From a virus (lineage: Duplodnaviria; Caudoviricetes), in IMG/VR virus record IMGVR_UViG_3300037440_000172, positions 1-53,626 of that record: a DNA stretch of 53,626 bases. The stretch is one strand, 5' to 3'. The number at the start of each line of letters is the position of its first letter. The stretch's first letter is position 1. The translations under genes were made by a program, and so were the position numbers. Positions 26,115 to 35,607 of the stretch are shown here, piece by piece. The notes under the pieces were generated by a model that was not told the DNA's origin, made no database searches, and was given only the letters and a program-made list of their open reading frames with translations.

Positions 26115-28495
26115 TGATTGCCTTGCGTGGAGAGAATGGTTTCAGCCGCACCGGGGCCGTATTTTGAATTGAACTTCGGCGCGAGTGCAGGATTGGAAAG
26201 CAGGAGTTCTATTGCCCGTTGCGGGGGCTTTGGCATGCCGCCTGTGATTGCTGGGCCAGCCTCACCGGCTGACATCAGCGCACCCTGATCCCCTTGCCCG
26301 GTGGGCCGGAATTGACGAAGCGGCCCAGCGCCAAAGGCTTGTTCAGCAGATTCCTCTGACATAACGTTTTCAGAACGTGCGCCACGCCCAAAATATTGCT
26401 GCGTTGGCTCGCCGACGAAATCACCGCCGAATGCTTGTGTTGCCCGATCAGTCTCCGAAAGAAACTCAAGCCTACGAACCTGAGCGGCTGATGGTTGCAA
26501 GCCTTCGAATGCTGTATTCAGAACATCCTCAAGGGCTTCGGCTGTCTCACCGCTGCGATTGTCATATTCAAACGCTCTGGCGGCTGCGACGCGGGCATAA
26601 GAGCCGTATTGCTCATGCAACTTCGCCTGCACTTCATTGAGTGAGTCATAAAGCGCCTGTCCCCCCAGCCCTTTCGTCGGGGCCAGAAGCACCCTTGCTT
26701 CCTGTTTGGTGATCGGGGATTGCAAGCCTTCGGGGATGCCGACTTTCGCCTGTGCATCGATGCGCGCCGAGGCGAGCGCCTGGACGAATTCAGGATCGCC
26801 GGGGTTTTCACGGACGCCCTGCTCTGCGACCTGTATTTCCGGCAACTCGGATACCGATGACGCCGGGTCTTTCTCGCGCTGGTCGCGAAGTTTGGTCGCC
26901 TTCTTCAGCGTTTTGTCGTAGACATCGGCCTTGGCGTCATAATCCGCTTCGCCAGGGTCAGGCTCAACATTGGCAAGACGGTCAACAAGCTCTTCCTCGG
27001 TCAGTTGCGGTAGATCGTTGATCGCCTCGAATTCCATCTTCGCCTTGCGCCGGTTGAGCACATAGCGGTTGATCTGGTTCGGTTCGAGGACTTTCTGCGC
27101 CATCTGCAAGTCTGGATTAGTGCTGACGCCGGTGCGGCGGATCGATTCCTCGTCATCCTTGAGCGCGCGTTTCAGTTCCTCGCGCCGCCCTTCCAGCATC
27201 GAGCCTTCCTGCTTGCGCGCCTTGGCGGTGAACTCGGCCCGCTCCAGCGGCGTCAGTTCCGCATAGCGCGGCGACACATCGCCGGCCGTCCCGCCGATGC
27301 GGTGTATCTTCCGGTCCCAAAGCTTGATAAAATCAGCGCTGGTTACGTCCTCGACGCTGCCGAACTGCTCTTTGACATCGTCCGGTATGTTGCCCCAGAT
27401 GGCCTGCTTCGCCCAGGCTTCGCCCTTCTGCCGGCCTTCTCCGGTGGAGTGCATGTTCATCCATGCGGGCAGTTCCGGATTGGACACATGGGCTTCGTAG
27501 CCGCCCTTGCCCTGCTGGTGGATCAGGTAGAGATCGGTAGCGCTCGGCTCGCGTCCGTATTTTCTCTCGAACTCGGCGGCTTCCGCACTGATCTTCTTTG
27601 CGGCCGCCCGCGCATTGTCGTCGGCATTGTAGATATCGCCGCCGCCATACTTTTCGAATTCGCTGTCGGAAAGCTGATACAACCCCTTGTAGCTTCCTGT
27701 TCGCGCCTTCGGATTGCCGCTGCTTTCGATCTGCGCAAAGGTTCTCAGCAGGTGATCCGGCACGCCGGTTTCCTGTGCGGCCCTGCCGATCGCATCATCC
27801 TGCGGCTTGGCATCCACTCCCGCGCCGGTCAGATCATTGCGCAGCCCTTCAGGATCGGTCAGAAGCCGTGTGTTTGCATCTTCGATGACTGACCCGCGGG
27901 AATACCCTTCGCGCAGATTGGCGGCAACCTTCGGCTCCAGAAGCCCTTTCTGTTCGCCAAGCGTGATTGCCGCTTCGATGTCGGCTCTCGCCTGCCGCCG
28001 CGTTATCTCGTCGGTTGCCGGATCGGTATAGATGCGCTGGTGATGTTTCAACGCCTCCTCGACCTCGACGAACTTGTCCTGCCGCTCCAGGTTCTGCCCG
28101 CGATTGAGCACGGAGTTGAGATTGCTCTCATTCTCGACGCCGGTGCGGAGCGACCACTTCTCCCGGAGCTTTGGATCGCGGATGATCGAAGCGGCGTCCT
28201 GCGTGATCGAGGATGCCCGGCCGCGGAACCGCGGCTCGAACGTCTTGTATTCCGGATCGTCGCTGAACTCGCGCTGCGTCTGGTACATTTCGGTCTTGTA
28301 CTTGGCGTCAGCCTTGATCAGGTCGAGAGCGTTCTCCTCTTCCTTCCGGGCTTCGCCGATAGCCGTGAGTGACGCGCCCAGTCGGGCAAGCCCCTGCCCG
28401 ACTGCTGCACCAGCGCCGCCACGACCAAAGTTGGCCTGCGGACGCCTGGCGAATGTCGGGCTGCCTGGCGCTGTTTTATCTGGAATGCGTGCCAA
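26111..28495 (-). CDS. internal virion protein with lytic transglycosylase (SLT-like) domain
   Basis: AQIESSGNP...GLYQL...NARAAA...YLIHQQG lysozyme-fold motifs within a helical protein. Confidence 0.8.
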   Translation of the reverse strand: MARIPDKTAPGSPTFARRPQANFGRGGAGAAVGQGLARLGASLTAIGEARKEEENALDLIKADAKYKTEMYQTQREFSDDPEYKTFEPRFRGRASSITQDAASIIRDPKLREKWSLRTGVENESNLNSVLNRGQNLERQDKFVEVEEALKHHQRIYTDPATDEITRRQARADIEAAITLGEQKGLLEPKVAANLREGYSRGSVIEDANTRLLTDPEGLRNDLTGAGVDAKPQDDAIGRAAQETGVPDHLLRTFAQIESSGNPKARTGSYKGLYQLSDSEFEKYGGGDIYNADDNARAAAKKISAEAAEFERKYGREPSATDLYLIHQQGKGGYEAHVSNPELPAWMNMHSTGEGRQKGEAWAKQAIWGNIPDDVKEQFGSVEDVTSADFIKLWDRKIHRIGGTAGDVSPRYAELTPLERAEFTAKARKQEGSMLEGRREELKRALKDDEESIRRTGVSTNPDLQMAQKVLEPNQINRYVLNRRKAKMEFEAINDLPQLTEEELVDRLANVEPDPGEADYDAKADVYDKTLKKATKLRDQREKDPASSVSELPEIQVAEQGVRENPGDPEFVQALASARIDAQAKVGIPEGLQSPITKQEARVLLAPTKGLGGQALYDSLNEVQAKLHEQYGSYARVAAARAFEYDNRSGETAEALEDVLNTAFEGLQPSAAQVRRLEFLSETDRATQAFGGDFVGEPTQQYFGRGARSENVMSEESAEQAFGAGPLRQFRPTGQGDQGALMSAGEAGPAITGGMPKPPQRAIELLLSNPALAPKFNSKYGPGAAETILSTQGNQ

Positions 28496-28506
28496 GTGTA
28501 TTTCCC

Positions 28507-28998
28507 TTAGCCAAACGAGCCAATGCCTTTGACGCCCTGGCCGATCCCTTCAAGGATAGCGCCGCGGTAGGCGGCTTTGCCCTTGTATCGGGCAGCAGCA
28601 GCCTTATCGAGAAACCCGCGCGCCCGGGTTTCTCCGGCAGCCGTTTCCGATCGGGCGACATAATCGCCATATTGCGCCGTATCACCCATGATATCGAGGA
28701 TGGTAGGATTGGTGACTCCGGCGCCGGAGGATGCTGCCTTGGCTTTCTGTTCGGACAGTACGAGCGCTGTGCGGTGCCGCTTTTCCTCGCTTTGACGCGA
28801 GGCTATCGCGCGTTCCTCGGCGGCAGATCGTTCATCTTGCTTGGCCTGAAACTTGCCTTCTTCCTTTGCCGCATAACCAGCGCCTACCGTACCAGCTACC
28901 GTCGCAACGGTGCCGATTATCGGCAGGATCGTGCTTGCAGAACTGGCGACAGCACTGCCTGCCGCTGCGGCTAGAGCTGCCAATTCTGCCATTTCCAT
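28507..28998 (-). CDS. internal virion protein (T7 gp14-like position)
   Basis: Ala/Gly-rich N-terminus and Q.A.AASSGA motif; synteny. Confidence 0.7.
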   Translation of the reverse strand: MEMAELAALAAAAGSAVASSASTILPIIGTVATVAGTVGAGYAAKEEGKFQAKQDERSAAEERAIASRQSEEKRHRTALVLSEQKAKAASSGAGVTNPTILDIMGDTAQYGDYVARSETAAGETRARGFLDKAAAARYKGKAAYRGAILEGIGQGVKGIGSFG

Positions 28999-29354
28999 AT
29001 CCTCAAAAAAGTCTTGCCGTCCCGCATGTCGGTGATTGCCTCATCTGTCGGCACAAAGCCGAGAATCCGGAGAAGTCTTTCGGCATGATCGCCGTCACAT
29101 TGAATGAAAACGGTTTCGCCCCTGGCTCTGAGCCCGCGCTGCATGGCGCGCACAAGACGCAAGCCAAAGCGTCTCGCGGAATCCTCAAGATCAAGCGTCA
29201 CCCAGATCCGGTCATGCTTGCGGGCAAACCCACCCATCGCAATGATTTCGCCGTTATAGAGCGCCACGCCGGCATCTTCGACATGGCAAGACAGATCGTC
29301 GTGATAGGCCTCGATCTCAGCCCGAGTGGCCGGGCGAACCAGAAGACTACTCAT
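28971..29354 (-). CDS. GNAT-like assembly protein (T7 gp13-like position)
   Basis: VRPAT...IIAMGG...RLLRILGF; follows tail tubular B. Confidence 0.6.
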   Translation of the reverse strand: MSSLLVRPATRAEIEAYHDDLSCHVEDAGVALYNGEIIAMGGFARKHDRIWVTLDLEDSARRFGLRLVRAMQRGLRARGETVFIQCDGDHAERLLRILGFVPTDEAITDMRDGKTFLRIWKWQNWQL

Positions 29355-32091
29355 TGGTGTCGATATTGAAGACGAGCGCGTTGAGCGTGGCCGGATGACC
29401 TGGCTGGATCTCGATGCAGACACGGCTGTCAGTGTCCCATGTGCCGCCCATCGGCTGCATGACGGTGTCGTGTCCGGACACGACCGGATCGTCAGTGGAC
29501 CCGAAAGCCTGCCGGTTAGCCTTGCGGATATCGAACTTCGTCAGGCTGTCGAAGTTCGGACCGACCTTGATCGCATCCTTGTGGACGTTCGACATGACGA
29601 GACCAGCCTGGTGCACGGCCTTCTGTTGCAAAAGCGCGGTTCCGCCCTGCGCACCATAAGCCAGCTTCGCGGATTTGTAGCGCCCGCTGTAAGACAATCC
29701 GACCCAGCTATCCGTGTAGGACGCGCCGAGACTGACGATCCCCGCCGTGGTTGCCGTCGAGACGGACAGACCCGTCAGCACGGTCTTGACGCCCGCCGTC
29801 GATGTCCCCCAGCCGATCAGGCTTTCCGTTGATCCGTAAAGATGCGCCGCCGTGACTGCTGTCGATGCCGATGACGTGTATATTCCGCTATCAGCAAGCT
29901 TGGTGACGGTCGCGCCAAGGGCCTCGCTGTGCAACGCAAGCTTCTCGCGATAGCGTACCGTCGAGGCTCCGATCGTTCGCTTGATCCAGGCGTAGACCCG
30001 ATCCTGCGTCGTGCCAGGCAGGACGAAAGCGCTTTCGATCTGACCGTCTGTTTCAACGGTGAACCAGCCCAGCGCCTCCTCGCTGTCATCATAGATCAGC
30101 AGCACCTCGATCCCATCCTCGCGCACGCCCCAGATGAACGTTTCGGGCTGGCGCTGAACGGCGAGTTCGACGATGCCGTCGCCGCCGATCTCATCGTTCA
30201 GCCGGTTGAGATTGCGCGACGTATAGTCGTTGGCCTCGAAATTATACAAAATCTCATAGAGCTTGGTGCCTGACTTCTGAACGAAGATCCCGCGTCCATC
30301 GAGCTTGACCGGCGATACGGACGCCGATCCTTGCGTCGAGGCATCCTTCACGGATGTATTCGTTGGCGTCAGCGGTTCATCGAACGACGATGCACGGGCG
30401 GAACTTTCCGATCCGGCCGTCATCAGCATCAGCCTTTGCAGGGCCAGCATGGCGATGCCGGTGTTTACAGACCCGCCAGTTGCGATATTCCTCTGGATCG
30501 AACCGCTGTCGCCTTCCGTTTCGAGGTTGAACAGCGTGAAGCCGTCCGATTCCGACCCCCAGAACTTGTCATCACGCATGAACCAGAGCCTGCCGTCAAA
30601 AAAAGCAACGGCGGTTGGCCATCCGCGGCGATCCGACCACTCGCCTTCGAGCCAGTTGTCGGAGTAAGTCGTATCCTTGAAGTCTCTCAGAACTTCCACA
30701 CTGACGCTTGTAGCGGAAGTGTAGGCAGTCACCCGCGCTACTCCGAAACCTGAATGGCCATTGTACTGGGCATCGATTGTTATGCTGCCGCTTGTGTAAT
30801 CACCTGGCAAGAACCCAAGCCGGTGCCATGCTATGACGTTGTTGTCAGCGTCTTCGCCGTCATGGACATTGTTGACGTTCGCCGTTGAACTGACCGTTGC
30901 CGTACTATCATCAATCGGGAAGTCGTTAAAACCAGTATCTTCACCATCGACGGAACGTTGCATGGTCAGCGTTCCGGACCACGTCCCTGTGCTCTGGAAC
31001 GCGAAACTACGCTCGTTGGCGTAGGTCGCAATACGCACTCCCGTTACGCGCCATGCGTCAGTGTAGATGCCATCTCCGGCGAGAACGAAATCTGCATCGA
31101 AGCGGTCGTGGAAGATACGGAACAGCGTCCCGACATGCTCTGGCCGAAAGAAATTTGATTCCGCTGTCAGCGTGGTGTTGCCACGTGTCGCATCCGGCTT
31201 TATCCGGACATTGGCCGTCCGCGCAATGGTGAATGGGCCGTCATCGGCCTTGAACAGAACAAGGGACCATGATCGCGTGCCGCGCCTCTCGACCAGCCGC
31301 GTCTGCCAGTTCCCATGAGCCAGATAAACCACGTCGATCGACTGATCAAAGCGTATATCCCTGAGTTCTGAGGTCGTCCACGGGGCGGTAATCTCCATTA
31401 CACCTGCGGATTCCACTGTGATGGAATCGACGATCACCGCCGTTTCGCGCTGCGTCTTGAAAAAGACGTGGTATGTTCCTGATGGGGTGAACGCTAGTGA
31501 ATGCGTTCCCGTATCAAGTTCGGTCTCCTCGATATAATCGTCACCGCCAGATGTTGATCCGCAGCGGAAGAAGACCGGACCACGAGTCACTTCAATCCGC
31601 AAGGCGTGCTCTGTATCAGCGCTCGATGTCGTTACCGACCGCGTGCATGTCACGCTCGATCCACGCGCGGCAGCAGTCATGTAAAGAGCACCGGAAACCG
31701 TCGAATTGATATTGCCCGTCGCGCCAGTGCCAACCGTCAGCGTCCAGCCGGTCCCTGAGGCAAAGTCCCCGTTGGTGACGGTTGACGTCGCCGTCGGCCG
31801 CGTAATCGGCGTATCGTCAACCCATACACGCAAGACCGTGTTTGTCAGTTCGAGATCGGCGAAATCCGTTGTCGAGCGGATGAAAGGAATGCCCCGCGCC
31901 TGATTATTGGATTTTGACGCGCCGGTATACCCATATCCAGGGCGCATCATTCCGGCGCCAATGATTGCCGGCAGGATGTTGCGCTGCTGCTCTGCGGCTA
32001 ACCGAAGTTTTTCCTGATCGACGCGGACAAGGGCGTTTGCAGAGACTTCGCCCTGATTGAACGCATGTGTAAACGCTCTTGTCTTTGCCAT
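29347..32091 (-). CDS. tail tubular protein B / nozzle
   Basis: AFNQGEVS N-terminus, GWPTAVAFFDGRLWF, beta-rich; synteny. Confidence 0.85.
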   Translation of the reverse strand: MAKTRAFTHAFNQGEVSANALVRVDQEKLRLAAEQQRNILPAIIGAGMMRPGYGYTGASKSNNQARGIPFIRSTTDFADLELTNTVLRVWVDDTPITRPTATSTVTNGDFASGTGWTLTVGTGATGNINSTVSGALYMTAAARGSSVTCTRSVTTSSADTEHALRIEVTRGPVFFRCGSTSGGDDYIEETELDTGTHSLAFTPSGTYHVFFKTQRETAVIVDSITVESAGVMEITAPWTTSELRDIRFDQSIDVVYLAHGNWQTRLVERRGTRSWSLVLFKADDGPFTIARTANVRIKPDATRGNTTLTAESNFFRPEHVGTLFRIFHDRFDADFVLAGDGIYTDAWRVTGVRIATYANERSFAFQSTGTWSGTLTMQRSVDGEDTGFNDFPIDDSTATVSSTANVNNVHDGEDADNNVIAWHRLGFLPGDYTSGSITIDAQYNGHSGFGVARVTAYTSATSVSVEVLRDFKDTTYSDNWLEGEWSDRRGWPTAVAFFDGRLWFMRDDKFWGSESDGFTLFNLETEGDSGSIQRNIATGGSVNTGIAMLALQRLMLMTAGSESSARASSFDEPLTPTNTSVKDASTQGSASVSPVKLDGRGIFVQKSGTKLYEILYNFEANDYTSRNLNRLNDEIGGDGIVELAVQRQPETFIWGVREDGIEVLLIYDDSEEALGWFTVETDGQIESAFVLPGTTQDRVYAWIKRTIGASTVRYREKLALHSEALGATVTKLADSGIYTSSASTAVTAAHLYGSTESLIGWGTSTAGVKTVLTGLSVSTATTAGIVSLGASYTDSWVGLSYSGRYKSAKLAYGAQGGTALLQQKAVHQAGLVMSNVHKDAIKVGPNFDSLTKFDIRKANRQAFGSTDDPVVSGHDTVMQPMGGTWDTDSRVCIEIQPGHPATLNALVFNIDTNE

Positions 32092-32094
32092 TCG

Positions 32095-32280
32095 TCAGAC
32101 TCCTAGACGATCGCTCGCATAGGTTCCCGTCAGGTCAGTCGAAGCACGGCCCTTGCCCTGAACAAGGTCGGCACGCTGCTTGCGCTGCGCTTCGATAGCG
32201 GCCGGATCGTTCTCGTCCGGCATGCGGACGACGGGTTGAGGCTTCGGCGTGCTGCCAAAGAGTTTGCCTAGTGGAGCCAT
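32095..32280 (-). CDS. small virion protein
   Basis: PVVRMPDENDP...GRASTDLT motif typical of podovirus small structural proteins; AAGGA RBS. Confidence 0.65.
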   Translation of the reverse strand: MAPLGKLFGSTPKPQPVVRMPDENDPAAIEAQRKQRADLVQGKGRASTDLTGTYASDRLGV

Positions 32281-32298
32281 GATCTTGTATCCTTCGTG

Positions 32299-32937
32299 TT
32301 AGCCGTTCTGGCGATAGTCGTAGTGGCGGCCGAGCCCGCCGCGGCGGGCGGTGACAAGACGGCCGGGGGGTGGTGATACAGACGCCTGGTTCATGGCGTC
32401 CTTGGAGCGCGCGTTCTTGAGGCGGGCCATGCATTTCTTTTCGAGCGCTGCTTCATCTTCTTTGCCAAACCCGGTGACGGTCGGTCCGACCCGCAAGCCG
32501 AGTCTGCACCCGACATAGAGCGCGAACGTCTCCGGCCATAGGGAGAGGTCAAGCCCATAGCTGGTGTGGTTGGACACGTAGCTGACATAGAGCGGGTCGA
32601 AATCGGCATGCCAGTTTGTGGTCTCGTCGGCATAGCCTTCGGCCCCGATCGGCGGCCACATCGTGCCGTTGCCGGAAATATTCGACGTTCGCACCCAGTC
32701 TGACGGCTTCTCGAAGGCATAGGAATAACCGAACGACGGCGTCACGCTCTCTGAATGCTCGATCGCCACGGTGCGCATGGCGAAGTTCCAGAAGCCTTCT
32801 TCGAGACATTCCAGCAGCGTATCGTCATAGACGCGGTCAAGCTCGTAGCGGATGAAGATATCGTCGGTGACGGTTGCAATCGGAGTTTGCCTCAAAACTC
32901 TGCAAGCCTCTTGCATGACCTTGAGTTTGGTAGCCAA
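32299..32937 (-). CDS. tail tubular protein A / adaptor
   Basis: TTG start after GAGGG (MATKLKVMQEA); WNFA, FGYSYAF..PSD, ARSKDA motifs. Confidence 0.8.
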   Translation of the reverse strand: MATKLKVMQEACRVLRQTPIATVTDDIFIRYELDRVYDDTLLECLEEGFWNFAMRTVAIEHSESVTPSFGYSYAFEKPSDWVRTSNISGNGTMWPPIGAEGYADETTNWHADFDPLYVSYVSNHTSYGLDLSLWPETFALYVGCRLGLRVGPTVTGFGKEDEAALEKKCMARLKNARSKDAMNQASVSPPPGRLVTARRGGLGRHYDYRQNG

Positions 32938-32955
32938 GTGTGCTATCCCTCTTCT

Positions 32956-33897
32956 ATGGGAAAATTTATCGATCTGACGGGGAAGCGCTTCGGTCGTCTG
33001 ACCGTTGCGCACAAAACCAAAAAACCGAATTCATCTCGGCTGATGTGGGATTGTAATTGCGATTGCGGTGGCTCAACCGTTGCGACCAGCTACTGCCTCA
33101 AGGCTGGTCGCACGCAATCGTGTGGCTGCCTACAACGGGAAAGAACATCAGCAGCCGCAAAGATTAAGAGCCGCACACACGGACTGACCAATCACCCTCT
33201 TTATAAGCTCTGGACTAGCATGAGATCGCGTTGCAACAACCCACTTGCCGTTGGATATGAACGGTATGGGGGCATTGGTGTCCGCGTCAGCAAACGATGG
33301 GATGACTTCCCAACTTTCATCAAGGATATTGGCCCTCGACCATCACCTGAGCACTCGCTTGATCGCCATCCGGACCCGACCGGTAATTACGAGCCGGGGA
33401 ACGTGCGCTGGGCCACGAGAACTGAGCAGAATAATAACAAACGAGACACGACGTACGTCCTCTACAAAAACAAAAGGCTGCCATTGCAGGAAGCCAGAAG
33501 GCTCGCGGGCAGTGTCGTAACCTCGCCGGAGCTGCGCAGGCGCCTACGCGCCGGATGGCCGCTAAAGGACGCGCTGGAAACTCCATTGCGCGTCTACGAA
33601 AACCCAAAGTTCACTCACTCTGGAGTATCGCTTACGTTGCGTGAGTGGGCAGAACGCACCGGCATCTCTGAGGACGCCCTTCGCTATCGAATAGCCGAAG
33701 GCTGGGGTATACGCAAAGCACTTACAACAAAAGCTATCCGCCAAAAGGTGATATACCGAGGTCAGAAAATGTGGCTTTCACAAGCGATCAAGGAAAGCGG
33801 ATCGCTTGTTTCGTTGTCGTCTGCATGGACTCGGCTGAAAAAAGGTTGGTCTGTCGAGCGCGCCGTTGAAACGCCCCGCACGGATTCTCGCGCTTAG
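32956..33897 (+). CDS. free-standing HNH homing endonuclease, antisense to the late operon
   Basis: DLTGKRFGRLTV, CNCDCG, SCGC, YGGIG, SLDR...GNYEPGNVRWAT; three C-terminal HTH-like repeats. Confidence 0.85.
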   Translation: MGKFIDLTGKRFGRLTVAHKTKKPNSSRLMWDCNCDCGGSTVATSYCLKAGRTQSCGCLQRERTSAAAKIKSRTHGLTNHPLYKLWTSMRSRCNNPLAVGYERYGGIGVRVSKRWDDFPTFIKDIGPRPSPEHSLDRHPDPTGNYEPGNVRWATRTEQNNNKRDTTYVLYKNKRLPLQEARRLAGSVVTSPELRRRLRAGWPLKDALETPLRVYENPKFTHSGVSLTLREWAERTGISEDALRYRIAEGWGIRKALTTKAIRQKVIYRGQKMWLSQAIKESGSLVSLSSAWTRLKKGWSVERAVETPRTDSRA

Positions 33898-34508
33898 GCC
33901 GCCGCAGTCGCGCGCGGCTTGCGCCGTTCCGCCTCATCTGCCTTGGCTTTCGCCACAGCTTCGGCAATTGCCTCGTCCGAGGGCATGGTCAGATTGAGTT
34001 CGGCGAGATGTTTCTGCATGACGCGCTCGGCGTCTTCCTTCGTCTCGTGACCCTGGCTCAGAGTGGAGCCGTCCATCGTGATGACGCGCCACTTGGTCGC
34101 CGCGGTATGATTGACGCGGATCGAAGTCTTGCCGTTCGCCAGGATCGGGACGGTCGAGGGCCGGGCGAGCGCGGCGGATTTCGCTGCATCGGTTGCGGCA
34201 TCAATGCCTGTGCCTGATGGATATTTCGGGAAGACCGCGACGACCGCGCCGGCCTGCGGCTTGCGCTCGACGGTCAGCCAGATGTCGAACGAGCGCGCCG
34301 CATCCGTAACGCGGATCATGTCGTTCTTCTGCAATCGCGCATGATGCGACCAGTATCCCGGCGCAAACAGGTCTTCGAACACATGCCCGAGCGGCAGTTC
34401 GAGAAAATAGCTGTTGAACCGCTGATCGGCGCGGTACTGATTGGTCAGATACATCGGAGGAAGTTTTTTCTGCTGTGACATATGGTGTCCTTTTGCGATA
34501 CTTTTCAC
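33894..34508 (-). CDS. phage hypothetical protein (structural region)
   Basis: FEDLFAPGYW motif; true start probably MSQQKK after AAGGA. Confidence 0.65.
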   Translation of the reverse strand: MKSIAKGHHMSQQKKLPPMYLTNQYRADQRFNSYFLELPLGHVFEDLFAPGYWSHHARLQKNDMIRVTDAARSFDIWLTVERKPQAGAVVAVFPKYPSGTGIDAATDAAKSAALARPSTVPILANGKTSIRVNHTAATKWRVITMDGSTLSQGHETKEDAERVMQKHLAELNLTMPSDEAIAEAVAKAKADEAERRKPRATAAA

Positions 34509-34539
34509 ATGAAAAAGGCCGCCGAAGCAGCCTTGGGTA

Positions 34540-35205
34540 TTAGGTTTTCGAGTTGCGACGTTGTCGATGTGGCGTTGTCAGCGCACGGTCTACATCCCAA
34601 CCGATACGGAGACGACCATGCACCGTCCCGCCGGGAATGCCGCATTCTTTGATCGCTTCCGTCAACGTCATTTCACGGCCATTGAAAGTCACGATCCGGT
34701 TGCGGCGCATGTTCCGCATTTGCTCGGTGCGCGTCGCCCAGATACAGTTCCCGGGCTCGTAGTCGCCATCGTTATCCTTGCGCTCAATCTGGTGGTCAGC
34801 GCTTGGGCGCTCGCCCATGTCGACGAGGAAATGCTCGAAGCTGTTCGCCCAGCGGTCGCAGATCTTGATCCCACGACCAGCCCATCCCTCAAATTTATCC
34901 TTGAACGCTGGATTGCAGCGCTGCTTGACGGAGGACCACACCCCATACAAAGGATGATCACTCAGGCCATGCTTTGTATTTCGCTCTGTTAGCTTGGCGT
35001 ACTGAACACACCCGCACCCGGCAGATTTTCCAGATGTGATGTTCGTTCCCTGCACAACCTTCTCGACGCCACACATGCATCTGCAATTCCACAGAAGATT
35101 GTTCTTGCGTTTGCCTGCGTAGGATACAACAGACCACAGACCGAATGTTTTTCCAGTCAGGTCTTTAAAACGCGGATTGCTTGGAATAGGATGCGCATCA
35201 GCCAT
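34540..35205 (-). CDS. free-standing HNH homing endonuclease
   Basis: DLTGKTFG, CRCMCG, GRGIKICDRW, IERKDNDGDYEPGNCIWAT. Confidence 0.85.
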   Translation of the reverse strand: MADAHPIPSNPRFKDLTGKTFGLWSVVSYAGKRKNNLLWNCRCMCGVEKVVQGTNITSGKSAGCGCVQYAKLTERNTKHGLSDHPLYGVWSSVKQRCNPAFKDKFEGWAGRGIKICDRWANSFEHFLVDMGERPSADHQIERKDNDGDYEPGNCIWATRTEQMRNMRRNRIVTFNGREMTLTEAIKECGIPGGTVHGRLRIGWDVDRALTTPHRQRRNSKT

Positions 35206-35232
35206 TTAACCGCTCCATCGGTTGATTGGTTA

Positions 35233-35298
35233 GAGACATGAGCGCGCGATCAACACGCTCATGTCTCGCATTATACTATAGCGGGCGATGTAAGCAAA
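35233..35298 (-). promoter_or_regulatory. promoter plus leader hairpin of the HNH gene
   Basis: TTGCTT-N16-TATAAT (35297-35270), then a perfect 12-bp stem GAGACATGAGCG/CGCTCATGTCTC. Confidence 0.6.
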
Positions 35299-35314
35299 GC
35301 CCGCTATGCAGTTG

Positions 35315-35593
35315 TTAAGTCGACGTTGCCGCGAACGTTACAGTCGCCCCCGCTCCGGTGGAGACGAGGTTGACCATGCCCCGTGCATGTCCAATATAGG
35401 TGCTGCCAGTGCTGATCTGGGCAGCAACGATGCTGTCGCCCAGACGCATGCCGAGAGAAAATCCGTTGCTAAAATAGCTAGAACCAGCCACCGTCGCAAT
35501 GGAATCAGCACTCTTGTAGCTCCATTCCTTGAGAACCTGTCCACCAAAGGACTGAGTCCAACAGGTCGGAGGATTTGTCGTTGAATACGCCAT
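35315..35593 (-). CDS. putative capsid decoration protein
   Basis: Directly after the capsid stop with AGGAGG RBS; YF.NG..LGM..GD motif; Ser/Thr-rich. Confidence 0.65.
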   Translation of the reverse strand: MAYSTTNPPTCWTQSFGGQVLKEWSYKSADSIATVAGSSYFSNGFSLGMRLGDSIVAAQISTGSTYIGHARGMVNLVSTGAGATVTFAATST

Positions 35594-35607
35594 TGTTCAT
35601 ACCCTCC

